The notes: a model not told the origin generated them from the letters alone. A DNA stretch of 64,000 nucleotides from Pseudovirgaria hyperparasitica (GCA_010093815.1 ML996584.1); one strand, 5' to 3'; shown: positions 12,626-25,599, counted from the stretch's first letter. Numbers and translations: made by a program.

Positions 12626-13852
12626 GTTGAATGGCAGAGATTGTGATGACGGTTCCTGACTGATAGTAGAGTAATTATAAAGAAGTTTGTATCTGGGATG
12701 TAGTTAGTTCTGTTTGCGAGTTTCAGACTGTCATGTATATTTTGAGGATGCCTGTGTGACGTGTTCGGTGATGTCGCACGGCTATCTCCGGAGTAGATCG
12801 GATGCACTTACGCGATAAATAGCACAACCGGGCTAGTTTGTTTCAACACCACAGTAGTATAGGCTGATCAGGCAAAGCAGGAGATGAGACGCAAGATCAA
12901 CGCCGGCGGGAGTTAATGAAGGAAAAGAAGATATCGAAAAAGCAAGCTCACTAAGCCGGAGAGGAGTCAGCGGACCAAGCTTGGTAGCGGTTTAGGGCCC
13001 GATAATCGGATTGCAGTTAGCTGATAAGAAGGCGTCGGGCCCTAATCGCAAAGCTTCCGATGCATGTGGAGTCAAGTCTATCTGGTCGATCAACTCAAAG
13101 GTTCCGCCAGCTAACTATCCATGAGCTGCGTGGTGACATTCTCATTTCACGTGTTCGTTCCACACGTGTGTCGAGGGCAGAGATGGTGTCCTCTGCGGAA
13201 CAGTTCGTGGACTCGTGGAGTTGCAAATGCATGACCGAGCTTTCATAAACCTACATGGCCAGAGATGGATGCATCTTGGACTGGCGAGGAATGCAGAAGT
13301 CGGACGAACTGCTGGAGACACGAGGCGACGTCGAAGTTATATAGCTTCAGCCTCCTAGGTATCCATGCCTTGTATATCCCTCAAACAAGAGTCGGGTAGG
13401 AGTAAGCAATAAGCATGATTACGCCTCAGGCCTAACTTTACAAGGCTGTAAGGTGGGTAACCTTGAAGCGCCGAATGACTGTGCTGTACATACTTACCGT
13501 ACTGTATGTACTATTTTCCTGTATCGTATTAATTAGTGCACAGAAAAAACTACGTCGCTCGATTACCCCACCACGTGCGCATCAGCCACACTTACCCCGC
13601 TTTAACCCAATCGAATCCAGCTAGCTATCCATCAGCCACAGTAGCTATCTTTCCACCCTAGCTCGGTTAGTATCGCAAGGGCGAGACCTGAGAGAGACGC
13701 TTGACCGGAGCAAGGGCAGAGGTGAACGGTCGTCCACGGCAGAGGCCTGCTGAGGCTGAGGCTTGCCTCCTGTACAGCCCTTTCTGCGACACTACTTCTA
13801 CTACTAATATTCTTATCCTTGCCCTCCTCGATTTCTCAATCTATATCTCATC
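12626..13852. promoter_or_regulatory. Shared divergent promoter of the SDR/GS-like pair with candidate GATA (AreA-type) and CreA-type sites
   Basis: HGATAR matches at 12661, 12782 (rev), 12813, 13000, 13022 and 13645 (rev). SYGGRG matches on the reverse strand at 13566-13571 and 13595-13600. These are short motifs and function is unproven. Confidence 0.35.
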
Positions 13853-15422
13853 ATGGCGTCCGATACAAAAGTCTCCCTCCAGAACCTCCCTCGGATCCTC
13901 GCCGATGACGATGCAGTCAAGGTTGCCGGCATTGACGTCGACGGTCAGCTTCGTGGCAAGCTGATGGCAAAGAGCAAGTTCCTCAAGATTGCCGAAGACG
14001 GCTTTGGCTTCTGCTCCGTCATCTTTGGCTGGGATATGCACGACCGAACATACTTTCGCGAACTCGCCATTAGCAACGCAGAGAACGGCTATCGCGACCT
14101 GATCGCTGTGCCGGACTTGAACTCATTTAGAAGGATACCGTGGGAGAACAATGTTCCCTTCTTCCTCGTTACCTTTTACGATTCCGCAACCCACGAGACA
14201 CTGAGTGCTTGCCCGAGATCGTTGCTCAAACGCATGGTCGAGAAGCTTCACAAGGATGGCAAAGGAGCAATGGCAGGAGGTTAGTGGTGGAGAGTTCTGA
14301 TGAGTCTATTGTTGGGTGTAAAGCCACTGGGCTAATCAATTGCTTGACTACAGCCGAGTACGAGTTCTTTCAGTTTCGCGCGCCCGAAGGCAAATCTGCT
14401 GCGACCTTCCTGCAGGAGAATCCCGTCAACTCTCTCCCTTCTTTGACTGAGGGCATGTTCGGATACAGTATCACAAGACCCGTCGTCAATCAAGACTACT
14501 ACTATGGCATATTCGACAATTGCAAGAAGTTCAATTGTGGTATCGAGGGCTGGCATACGGAATCTGGTCCGGGTGTCTTCGAGGCGGTAAGAGAGTGACA
14601 CGAGTGCGACGACAATCTGGACGCCACTGACACGAAACAACACAGGCTCTCGAGTTCGGCGAAATCACTCAGATGGCCGACAAGGCGTCCCTCTTCAAGC
14701 TTGTGGTCAAGTCGCTCGGAACCAAGTACGGCATAACGCCTTGCTTCATGGCAAAGCCCCGAGAAGGTCTGCCTGGAAACTCCGGACACATGCATGTCTC
14801 GGTGATTGATAAGCGCAACGGAGACAATCTCTTCATACGATCCGAGCCTGATCCAAATCCTCCCTATCCCGACCTAAAACACCTTTCAGATCTAGGCCGA
14901 CACTTTCTTGCGGGTCTCCTCGAAGGCCTCCCCGACATCATGCCTCTTCTTGCACCTACTGTTAATAGCTACAAGCGTCTCGTCGAGAACTTCTGGGCCC
15001 CAGTAACAGTATCCTGGGGACTTGAGCATCGTGCCGCATCAATCCGACTGATTGCGCCACCTACAGCCTCGCCGAAAGCGACGCGCTTTGAAGTCCGTGT
15101 GCCTGGAGCAGATACAAACCCTCACTTTGTCCTGGCAGCCATACTTGCTCTCGGCTGGAGAGGTGTTGAGAAGAAGCTCGAGATAGCAGTGCCACCGTTG
15201 GGCAAGGGCGAGGACGTAGGCGGCTCCAGCGACAAAGGGCAGCGGCTGGCCAAGAGCCTCAAGGAGGCAACAGAAGTATTCAAACGGAAAGACAGCATTG
15301 CGCGGGAGGTGTTTGGCGATGAGTTTGTGGAGCACTACGCCGGGACCAGAGAGCATGAGATACGGCTCTGGGACGAAGCAGTGACAGACTGGGAGGTCAG
15401 GAGGTATATCGAGACTGTGTGA
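13853..15422 (+). CDS. Glutamine synthetase-like (GSI-type) gamma-glutamyl-amine ligase
   Basis: Exons 13853-14279, 14354-14586, 14646-15422. Motifs: D.DG.LRGK, EYEFF, HTESGPGVFE, GNSGHMHVS, NSYKRL, WG.EHR.ASIR, RFEVRVPGAD.NP. There is no N-terminal amidohydrolase domain, so it is not full-length FluG, and it is not the eukaryotic GSII type. Confidence 0.9.
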
Positions 15423-16342
15423 GGGAGCCAGTTAGGTTGACCTGGTGGCGAGCATGTCGACGCAAGGTTGGACGAAGCGAAGAGTGGCGCAAAACAGTAG
15501 AGAGGATGTGTTACACCATCGTCGATGCGTCTCATCTCCTATCGTTTCCTATCGTCATCTGTGTGCCATGTGTCGGCGTAAACTTGGAAGGGGGGAGAAA
15601 CAAGCATGTGGCGCAACAGTCTCGCTAACCGTATGCGGACAAGCGAGATTGGCTGGTGGCCGGGCAAACGTGCGTTAGTCCCCGCTAAAGTGCAAGGAAC
15701 TCCCCTAGCATTTTTAGCAAAATGACGTCATTGTCCTGTGTCGCTAACCTTTCGAGGGCGGTGAAAGCAAGTTTACTGGTTTACTGCACCGCATCGTTGA
15801 TCTCGCATTGATATTGATGTTATGCTTTCGGACGTGGGCGATGCAATATCTGAAAGGGACGTGTGTATGTCTCGCGTCGAGGTCCCGAGTCACTGCACCT
15901 GTCTCTATTGAAAGAGTGCGATGACGTAGATGAGGCGTCATTTGAAGATATTCGCAGAGGCAGGTGCTACTGCACAGGAAGAGCATTCACATACCGGTTT
16001 GTCCATCTTCCTGTAACATTCACTGCTAGCGCCCCGTCTAGTCCTGTGTCACACGCGCTCTTCCGTCCTTCAAGTTAGGCAGGCACTGCGCGCTCGGACC
16101 CGCCTCAGCTTTTCCTCTTCCGTTTGTTTATAACCTGCCCGATTTCTCTGTTCCTCAAATCACTTAACTCTCTCCAAATCCGCATTCCACACTTTTTTCT
16201 ACTTCTTCTTGCATCTTCAGCAAAATCCCATTACAACGATTCGCTCGTCGTTAAGACTACAGACTACACCTCAACTACTACTACTACCACTACTACTACT
16301 CTCTAAACACACTTAAACAACCTCCTCTCAAACTCAGTCATC

Positions 16343-16618
16343 ATGGGTGCCGTCGTTTCTTGCGTATGTTCCTCTTCTTCCTGATTCTAGATACCAGATC
16401 TGAGCTGGATTGCCACTGTTCCTTCTTACTAACTCCCATCACAGATCAAGTCGGTCTTCCAGTCCATCGGCTCCTGCCTGATGGCCATTGTCCACGCCAT
16501 CGGCTCCATCTTCATGGCAATCATCAACGGCATCGTCTCGCTCTTTGACATCATCATCGGCTGCCTGACCTGTCGCCGCGGTGGAGGTAGACGCCGCAAG
16601 ACCACCAGCCACGTCTGA
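16343..16618 (+). CDS. Small 64-aa hydrophobic protein with N-myristoylation motif
   Basis: Exons 16343-16363 and 16445-16618 (GTATGT...ACTAAC...CAG) give MGAVVSCIKSVFQSIGSCLMAIVHAIGSIFMAIINGIVSLFDIIIGCLTCRRGGGRRRKTTSHV*. Strong C-ending codon bias, TCATCATGG start context, TTATAA and a pyrimidine-rich leader upstream. Confidence 0.82.
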
Positions 16619-18608
16619 GAATCTGTCGCACACTCGCTAAACATTTGTGTCTCTATTTTCGTTCGTTTTTAGCCCGCCGCCACGTCGATCTCGGTCTGTC
16701 CGAGCCCCTCGGTGACGCTCGACTCGATTATCGTGCCAGGAGGGTTAGACACCAAGGGAGGAAGCTGTGGTATGGAAGGAGCCATCCCAAGCATTATGTT
16801 TGATACCTTTATTTGATGTTGCTGGGACCGCATGATTGGCGGTGGCCGGTGGTGGTTTACGATACCCTCTACTCTGCGTTGCTTGTTGTTCCTCGGCATC
16901 TGGTGACGGTCATGGTTACTCTGGCATTATTGCATTGAGTATGCCTTATCAATACATGACTTTATAATCGTCTGACATGTGTTGTCTTTGTGCAGTGTCT
17001 TTGTACTTGGTATGCTCTAGACAGTGGTCTTTTGCTTGTTTGACGAGAGTAGAGAAAGACACGGGTCTAATAAAGGAGTGAAGGAGAGAATGAAGAGGAG
17101 AAGGGAGCGTGATATATCAACGTTTAGGAAGATTTGGATGGTTGGAATTAAGGTTAGAGTATAATTATATGTAGAGTAAGCTATACTATACTATACTATA
17201 CTAAGCTCTAGCCTCGTTTCCTTTGCTAAGACTTTATATGTTTACTATTAATATCACAGCAGTAGTAGTAGCTCATAGCCACCCACATTAGTTCAGGGGC
17301 AACCTTATGTATGAATATGTATAGATATATATTTATTTCGTTTGCTATCATAGCCCTTGCATGTAAATACTGTATAATGTACCCTTGGGACAACCTACCA
17401 AGTCTATTATTCTCTCTCTCTTTGTATGTATGCATGTATGTATATCCCATCTACCCTGCCTTCCATTCCTACTTCATTCTTACTCCTCGTCCCTTCCTCC
17501 TCACTGGGGACCATCTATTATTGCCTATTGATCACAATGATATACACCATCTCGTCGTGTGTGGCTTTGTGCAAGCAGGACCGCTAGTACCTGCCCATCA
17601 CACCCTACCAGTTTACCCATCTCATGTCGGGCTTCGTGTCTATGAAGGTCCCCCATCTCTCCCCTCTATGGGTACCACTTTCATCTATGACCTCTCGTGT
17701 GCTCACTTCACGTCTATAGTAGAGAAGGAGGACGAGGACGAGGAAGAGCAGAAGACCACACATCAATCTACTGTTCTCAAGTCCTGACATCATCAGTGAG
17801 GGCGGCGAGTGTATACGTACCTACCATTTTCACAGTCAGGACTATAAATGTCCATACTATATACACCGTGTATATTTATATTTGTATAGGAAGGATGATT
17901 TCTTTCGGGGGAAGCAGTGACGGGAGAGGGAGAGGAATGGGACGGCGCCGGATTGGTAAGGCTTTCGATGTGGGCAGGAGTGAGGAAGGGAGGTTGTGGG
18001 TGGTTCGTCAACGGAACGGAAGTGGGCAGGCGCGAGTATGGACAGGCTCGATGTTGAGGACACAATATCCCAAGAGCGTATGCACCGATGGGGAATCGAG
18101 TTTCTGCGGTGCCATTCATGGACGCTGACGGCTGTGATGGCGAGTGATAAAGGTCGAATACGGGGATCGGAGGGCGTTGTACGAGTATGTGTCGAGTTCG
18201 TGCGATTGACAGGCGTGTAGCTGCAGATACGAAGGACTGTATATTGAGGAGACATGCCTAAGAGGGCATGCACCGACTGAATTGAGGGTCGTACTCGTGC
18301 CGCCCGAAGCTTGCAACGGGGCGTAGATGGGGTATGCTAGCCAAGGACGAGGTCGATCATGACAATCAGATAGCTTGTACAAGCATATGTTGCAGGTCCT
18401 TTATGGAAAGGGTGTAGTTGCAGATACGGGTGGAGTGCATGTCGACAATCGCATCCCAGAAAAGAAAACGACAATCAGTTCACATTCCTGATTGAGGAAT
18501 TCGGGGCTCCAGAAACGTATGAAGGCCCTGGTAGAGGCGTACAGATGCGACCGATCAGTTGCATGGTCGAGAACGGATGCAGAAGTCTGAATGCAGAATG
18601 GAGCGCCG

Positions 18609-18742
18609 GTGCAGATACAGGTGCAGATACGTGTGCAGATACGTGTGCAGATACAGGTGCAGATACAGGCGTGCAGATACAGGCGTGCAGATACAGGCGT
18701 GCAGATACAGGCGTGCAGATACAGCTGCGCAGATTCAGGTGC
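18609..18742. repeat. Minisatellite, ~10 copies of a 12/14-nt unit with core GTGCAGATAC
   Basis: Four 12-nt units (GTGCAGATACAG/GT), five 14-nt units (GTGCAGATACAGGC/CT) and one degenerate unit, read directly from the sequence. Confidence 0.95.
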
Positions 18743-21700
18743 GTCTGACAAGTGTGTTGTCTCTACGAGGCATGCATCAAGCATGCAGAGATTCCGCGTT
18801 GAGCTCCAGTGTCGTTCCAGGAAGTATGGGTGCCCTAGAAGAGGCTTGCAGACGTATGGACCAACATGTATGTATGGGGGATGTGGGCTTCACATAATCA
18901 GCCTCAGGCATGTCTAGCTCTGCAGACAAACATGTTGAAGTCTAGGATCCTCCGATCGCAGCCGTTCGACCACAAGGTTGCTTCGACCCTTCTTCGCACC
19001 TGCTTGCAGTGCTGTCGAGAGAACATCTTCCGAGTACGATCAATGACATCGACTTGTAGAACTCCCGTCTCGCGTGAGTCCATCTGCCACTGCTGCTCCG
19101 CTTTGTAACACACCCCGCGCTGATCCAGCCATGCATGATATCAATGCAAGCACTTATTCGGTCGGATGGCGAACGAGTGTGTCTTGAAGATGCTCGGCCG
19201 GCCCTTACGCTTGGAGTCGAACGCAATGAGTGTGTACGCTCGTATAGAAGGGATACGTACGAATCGTGCTTTCGCTGTGTCTCGTGACGGAGGATGAGTT
19301 CATCATATTTTCATCATGAGTTCATCGGCCGAGACAGTCCACAACGACGCGAAGCGCTCGATCTTTCGGTGCGGATAGACGAGACGAAACCGCGACTTTG
19401 GTAATAGCCTGAGTCGGCCTCCAAAGGGTGATTTGCCGGATGCAGCAATCACACATCGTCTAATAGACGAGAGACGTGACTCGCGAGCGCTTTTGGACTT
19501 GCCGTCCGCATTCGTGGTGTGTGATCGGGAGGACAGCTGGGACATGCCCTGTAACAGCATTTGCGCGGGAACAACGCATAGATTGGTGGTCACCCGCCCG
19601 GCACAGGCACTGATCGACGAACAACGAGGACGTACTGTATTCAAGGATTAAAAGCCCAAGGAAGGGAGCAGGGCCCCCTAGGCAGTTATGATGTGAGATT
19701 CCGTCGCTCCAGGTATGGCCCACCGGTAAGGTCCGCAGGTCGCGCAGATACACCTGGTTGCGGATTTGTGAGCGATGTTACCGTACACCAGGATTGTATG
19801 GCAGGACAGCAGGGCCAGATAATCCCGTCAATTCGGTTCCGTAATTGCTATGGCACGTCTAGAGTGAATCGAGCCCGTGTCGACGGGAGCGCTGAAATGA
19901 GGCGCTTTGGTTGAGGGTGAAGTCGAAGGTTATGATCATCCGAACGAGTGTCGTGTCATGTAGCATCGTTCTGGTGTGTAGAATGAGGATGAGGTGATAC
20001 ACAGGCTGTGTAAGGTGTAGGTCACGGACAGCAGTAATTTCGGAAATTCCTTAGGCCGGACTGCAGTAAAGACCCAATAACGGCCATCTTTCAACGCATC
20101 CTGCTGTCGAGGAAGAGAAAGAACGGTGATTATCCGCACTTCTGCCACCCACTGCCATGCATCACACACTGTGGATCTGCGTTGAGAATCAGACGGGGTC
20201 TGTTGGAACAAGAGCTTGGCTGACTCGATTTGTTCGCAAGGGTCACACGCATGTGGGAAAGAAGGGAGAGAGGGGGGGGGGGAGGAAGGGGGTAAAAGAT
20301 GGAGAAGAAATGCATGAGTGTAGCCTATAGGACGAGTCAGAAAATACCAACAAGATAATAGGCCGTTCTGACGACTAGGTTCCCATGGCCTTTCATCCCG
20401 CGCCCGACTTGAGTAACAAGTTGCAGCAGATCATATCTCCCGAAAAGAGCGAATGAAAACGTTAGCTCAACGGCTATAATAGCAAGCTGAGGGTGTGATC
20501 TCCCACGCTTTGTGTGTCTACGTGTCTCCACCGCCAGGCCAGGAGGCAGCGGTGAACGATCCCAGGACATGGCCAGCGACCCTCGTGGATTATCTGTGAT
20601 AAGACGGACAGTTGACCGTTTATAGACCCCCTGTGTGTCACACAGAACCTCACGGGCTCAACGTTCCCTGTCCTTCTCTGTCCTTTGACCCGACACCATC
20701 GCTATATTGCTCCCGGAACGATCCTGTGCAATCTTAGATGGGAGACGGCGGCCCAAGCAGTCTAGTGTGATTTGTAGAGGGTGCGGAATCACCGGTCAGC
20801 TCTGGCACGCTCCTTGCCTGGCAAAATATGCAAGCATTATATACTTTTTGTTGATAATGCTGGCTTGGATGTGTAGTGCGAGCATGAACGACAAGACTCA
20901 AAGTAGGATACGACGTCTCATTGGAAACGGAGTGGCTGGACAAACAGGTGGAAAGCATGGTATGGCGAACGAGCACGACCAGGTGAAGCAAGACCTGGCT
21001 GCCCCTGTTACCGCGTTTACGGCCACCACGGATGAACGGCGCATGCCGTTCGATTAGCGCAGCGTCAGACGGCAGTAGGCTTGAGATCAGTGGAAGAGTA
21101 GGTGGCAGGTCCGATCGATCAGGGAACTCGTTGGATTCTCCTGTATCGGAGCCAGGTCGCCATTGCGTACATGGAGCGGTCGGTATACCCTCCTCTCCTT
21201 GCACAGGGAAGAAATAGCAAAGTACGTAGGCAGAGTGGAACAAACAGAGGGGACGGGGTCGAAAGGGTGTTGGACGGCTGACACGCTGGCAGACTCTAGG
21301 CAAAATGATGACGCATATAGCAAGGAGCTATGCACCCATGGCATGTAAATTGATGGGCCCGGCAGAGTCTCACTCATGGGTTGGTAGGGCCGTTCGGTGG
21401 AATTATTTTGGAGGTCTAGGAATCCCGGGGATGATCAGCTCACAAGACGATTCAGCCTTTCGTGCGCTAGAACTTCGGTGGGATGTTGTCCCGTAGTGCA
21501 GACTTGAGGAGCCAAAGAAGCGCCGGGTTGAAGATTGACCATCTCACCACCAACTCGGCCGCAGAGGGCTAAGAGGTGAAGGGCAAGGGATGTGTGAGGA
21601 GAATATGGATGGGTTGGCGATCAAAATTCTTCCGCGTCTCGCAACTTTGCAACAACAGGCAAACGGACGGATATCCAACACGAGGCGTTCGAGTCTTCGG

Positions 21701-24274
21701 ACCTATGTGTTGAATGAAGCGACTTATCCGGAATATGAAAGTTGTGGGGATGTCAGGAGTGTTGCACAACGTGCATCGTGAAGATCGACCAGGCACCCTT
21801 GTTGTGAGTACGCCTGATAATTATTCGCTTTCAACAATGATCAGCGCAGACCCCAAAGGTCCCTCGCCTGACTCAGCTCGCGTGCATGGAACGGAGCGAA
21901 GGCCTAGTTCGGGGGCAGTTCGTCGCTGCAATGGGAGAGGTGAGAATTGGGTTCGTGATTGGAAAACGGGACCAGTTTGCAGTGCGAGGATAGGCCTTGA
22001 AGGTTGCGATGCAGTCGATCAGTTTAGGACATTGGATTATTGATCGCTGCAGCCAGATTAGGATGAGCCAGGGTGCAAGAGAGTGCAAGAGTGGTGGTGG
22101 CACCATTGCTCTCAGTCTTTGACTCTCCAGTTAGGGCGTGAGGTTTGTGGGGAGTAAGGCAGGCGTGGGGCTCGAGGGATCATGGATGGACAGTTGAAGA
22201 GCTGAGATAATACAGGCTGAAGAAGAGAATATTAAAAATGATGTGGGATTAGACGATTTGTGTTTGACGGTTGTGTAGGACCGATTGGTGGCGATAGAGG
22301 AGCAGTGCGCATATTACAGTATGTTGAAAAGGCTCACTCGATATGAGATGATTGTAGAGTTGGCACAAGCACCTGATGCAGCGAGCGGTCGGGAGGCACA
22401 GTCTACTGTTGATGGAGTGATGCTGTTCTTGAAGGCAGGTAGTATAGGTAGGAGATGAAGGATGACTGCGAACAAGATTAGTCTTTGTGGTGTCAGGATT
22501 GAAATGAGGCAGTAAAGGTGTTATGGTATTATGAGAAGCTTTCGTTAATGGCTCTCGCCGCGACCTTGCATAGGCAGCACCTTCAGCCCTACCTAAAAGG
22601 TAGATAGGGCTCAAAGCTTCGTCCCCACCAGATAGGTAGCGGTGATTGTGAGGCAGGAAACAAAGGCATTGTATGCACGTCAGGCCATCAGCCATTCCGG
22701 TCTGTCTATACAGGTATTAGGTTCAGTAGATCCCTACCTGTTCCCCATTGTGGGTGTTGTTGTGGAGAGCGATATGGTAGGGTAGGTTTGGTTGAGCAGT
22801 GGACTCGGATTGAGGCAGCGAGCTGACAGCGGTGACAAGAAAGGAGCAATCTCCGGTCGGGACAGCTCGAGACGAGCAGCAGTGACAGGCATAATGAATA
22901 GCGAAGTGGAAGCAGCCGCGTAAGGTTTGAAGAGAATCCTTGACAGTGATTGTTCTTGCGGCGAAATTCACCAGGATCGGACCTAGGAGGCACAGGGCGT
23001 GGGTGAGGAGATGGGCGAGCTGGACGGGTGGAAGTATAGCATGGAGCAGTGCAGTAGCAGTGAGTGGAAGAAGAAGTAAAGTGATTAGCTGTCGATATTT
23101 TGATGTATGGAGCTTGGAAGTGAATGTGATAGTGGATATGGATATGGGAAATAGTGTTCTGTGCGGAATACGTAAGAAATTAAGGCAATCACGGGAATTA
23201 AGGCAGACACGATGACGGGCAGGCACAGGGAGATGGACAGCCAATGAGAGAAGAGGCAGTCAGCAAGGCAGCCAGGCAGTAGCACGTGACTGTCCCAGTG
23301 GTGGGTGTGTGTCTACAGGTGATAGGAAGAAGGATGATGGTAATCAGATAATGGCGATGGATGATGACAAGCACAATGACAACAGATAATAGGCAATAGA
23401 CAATGACATCGGATGATCGACGCGCCCAATGCAGCATCTCTGCGCCCCTCTGTCTCCTCACGTCGTTCAACAGTTCTTCTCTCACATCCACTTGTCTTTC
23501 GCCCTGTGTAATCGCGTGTGTATGTGAGTGTAGTGTGAGTGTGTGAGTGTGTGTGTTATTGTTCGGCCGAGTCATGGCGATCGCAGTGCAGGCGAGACCG
23601 AGACTGTACCTACCAAGATTAGCGGTGGCTCCTTCTGCTCTTAGCCGTCTTCTCTGGCCTTTCTAGCCGGCATTCTAGCCAGCACCCAGGCTGATCAGTG
23701 GACCCTACTACAATAATACACTACACTATCCCCTCCCCCTAATCATCATCACAACACACACACACACACGCACACTCATCTCTCTAAACCTAAACACCCG
23801 CTCACCACCAGTACTGTCCCCCCCCTCCCCCTTCTCCCTCTCACCTCACCCGACGCCGCCGTCGATCCTCGTCACGCTCTTCTATCCGTGCCTACGTACA
23901 CTTAGTAGTAGCTAGTATACAGAGTACATTCCAGTCTGACTTTCTGCCAACACCCAATCATCACCACTCAGTCGACACATTCCCAACTTTACAACCCACA
24001 CCCAACAAACAATGCCCAACCAACGCCAGCACGGTTCGCACATCATCACCATGTACTGCTGTCCGTGATCTCTTCTGTGTCTGACATGATGATATGATGT
24101 TCGATGGATGGATCGATGAAGCATCATGCAGTGCACTGGACCATTCTAATTTACCTTGATACGTGTGTACACATAGTAGGATGTGTGCTATAGCTTTCAA
24201 CTTGATTACAAGGCCTGTGGTGGATTCTGAATGGAGAGAAGAAGTGTGTAATTGTCGATTCCAGAGCATTCACT

Positions 24275-24352
24275 ACATAGAGTAATAATCCACTCCCCCC
24301 CCCCCCCCCCCCCAACATAGAGTAAAAATCCCCCCCCCCCCCCCCCTCCCCC
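24275..24352. repeat. Tandem ~40-nt duplication, each unit ending in a long poly(C) tract
   Basis: ACATAGAGTAA(T/A)AATCC at 24275 and 24315, followed by C19 (24295-24313) and C17 (24330-24346). Confidence 0.9.
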
Positions 24353-25040
24353 TAAACTACCCTACCATACCTGACCTAACCTACCCTGGCACGGCAATTC
24401 CATCACCACCACGAGACACCAACGTGGCGGCGAGCAGGGCCGAGGCTGTATACTCGCCTATGAATGGACGCATCGGGGCGACAATGCAACGATGTGGTTT
24501 TCGCCTTTGTGCAGTTGTTGTGTAGTGGTCGTGGCATGGGCATGGTACTTACCGTCGAGGCGCTGTCCACCGACTGCTACCTACAGTACTCTACTGTAGG
24601 TGAGCTGCTGGGCTGCTGGGCTGCTGGGCAACTGGCTAACTGGGCGTGCACGTATGTAATTATTAGCCGCCAGACGTCAGCGACAAATACAAAAGTTACA
24701 ACTGCCTAGATGGTCCAACGCCCGCTTCTTCCGATCGCATGTCGCATGTCGCATGTCGCATCTTGAGTATCATCCTCACCGTCTACCCACCCCTACCTAC
24801 ATCCTGTTCCTATCTCCCTTCGAGGAGCCTGCATCTTCCTCCCCCAAATCATCCAAGAACGAGACTCGTCCATCGGCAAGCCACATTGCGGTACACGGCA
24901 ATTCGATCTGCTCACAATTCCACCCGTAGACGAACGTATCGCTGGCTTTTTCTTGGACCTGGTCGACTGCCGAGCGTCGTCAGCCCGCCCAATGCAGTAG
25001 TTGAGCCGGAATGAACTTTTGGAGGGGGGGAGAAATAAAA

Positions 25041-25599
25041 ATGCTACGAGCTTTTCCCTCTTGCACTGGCTGGCCGAGGATCCCTTGCGCCCCCCATGGT
25101 ATAATGGTAATGGTCACTCGGATCTCCGCCGCTAACTGACATCCAAATCCCAACAGGCTGGGTCCTACTTGATCATCGGACTACTTGCTGGAACATCAAT
25201 CATGGCCCGTGTCTTTTATTCTACCCAAACCAAACCTACGCAGTGCTCACATTCTTGTTCGTGGCGATGACAGTCTTGGTCCTGCTCATCCAACCAACGC
25301 TTCTGTTTGACTGGCAGGATGCCTCCGACTCGGTCATGATAAGGGCCGTAGGATGCGCTCCGCCGCAGGGCTCGGGTATTATGGCGAACAGCCGTGGCCA
25401 AGGATCTCTCATCGTGAATCTGACTCTTATAATGGCAATTGGAACGGATCTATCCAAACTTGAGCAATCAGCGCTCGCAGGATTGTGTGATAGCGAGATG
25501 ACGCCTTTGCTAGTCTATCTGCTCTATAATGAGTGGCGTGGAGAGAGAAGCCAATCCAACGTGGCGGCGCATATGGAACCGTTGCAGCTGGTGTCATGA
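25041..25599 (+). CDS. Candidate spliced orphan ORF (166 aa) or spliced non-coding transcript
   Basis: AAAAATG start; phase-1 intron 25099-25156 (GTATAA...GCTAAC...CAACAG) joins in frame to the 25243-25599 ORF; one hydrophobic segment. No recognisable homology. Confidence 0.3.

Noticed and set aside
13853..15422. Calling the GS-like gene fluG or GLN1
   Set aside because: It lacks the FluG N-terminal amidohydrolase region and does not have the GSII-type sequence of fungal glutamine synthetase.
18609..18742. Repeat array as a CRISPR
   Set aside because: The units are contiguous with no unique spacers, the context is eukaryotic, and there are no cas genes.
17900..23600. Degenerate transposon or hidden gene among the many 60-190 aa ORFs
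   Set aside because: No RT, transposase or gag motifs, terminal repeats or consistent codon bias seen by eye. BLASTX would be needed to exclude it.
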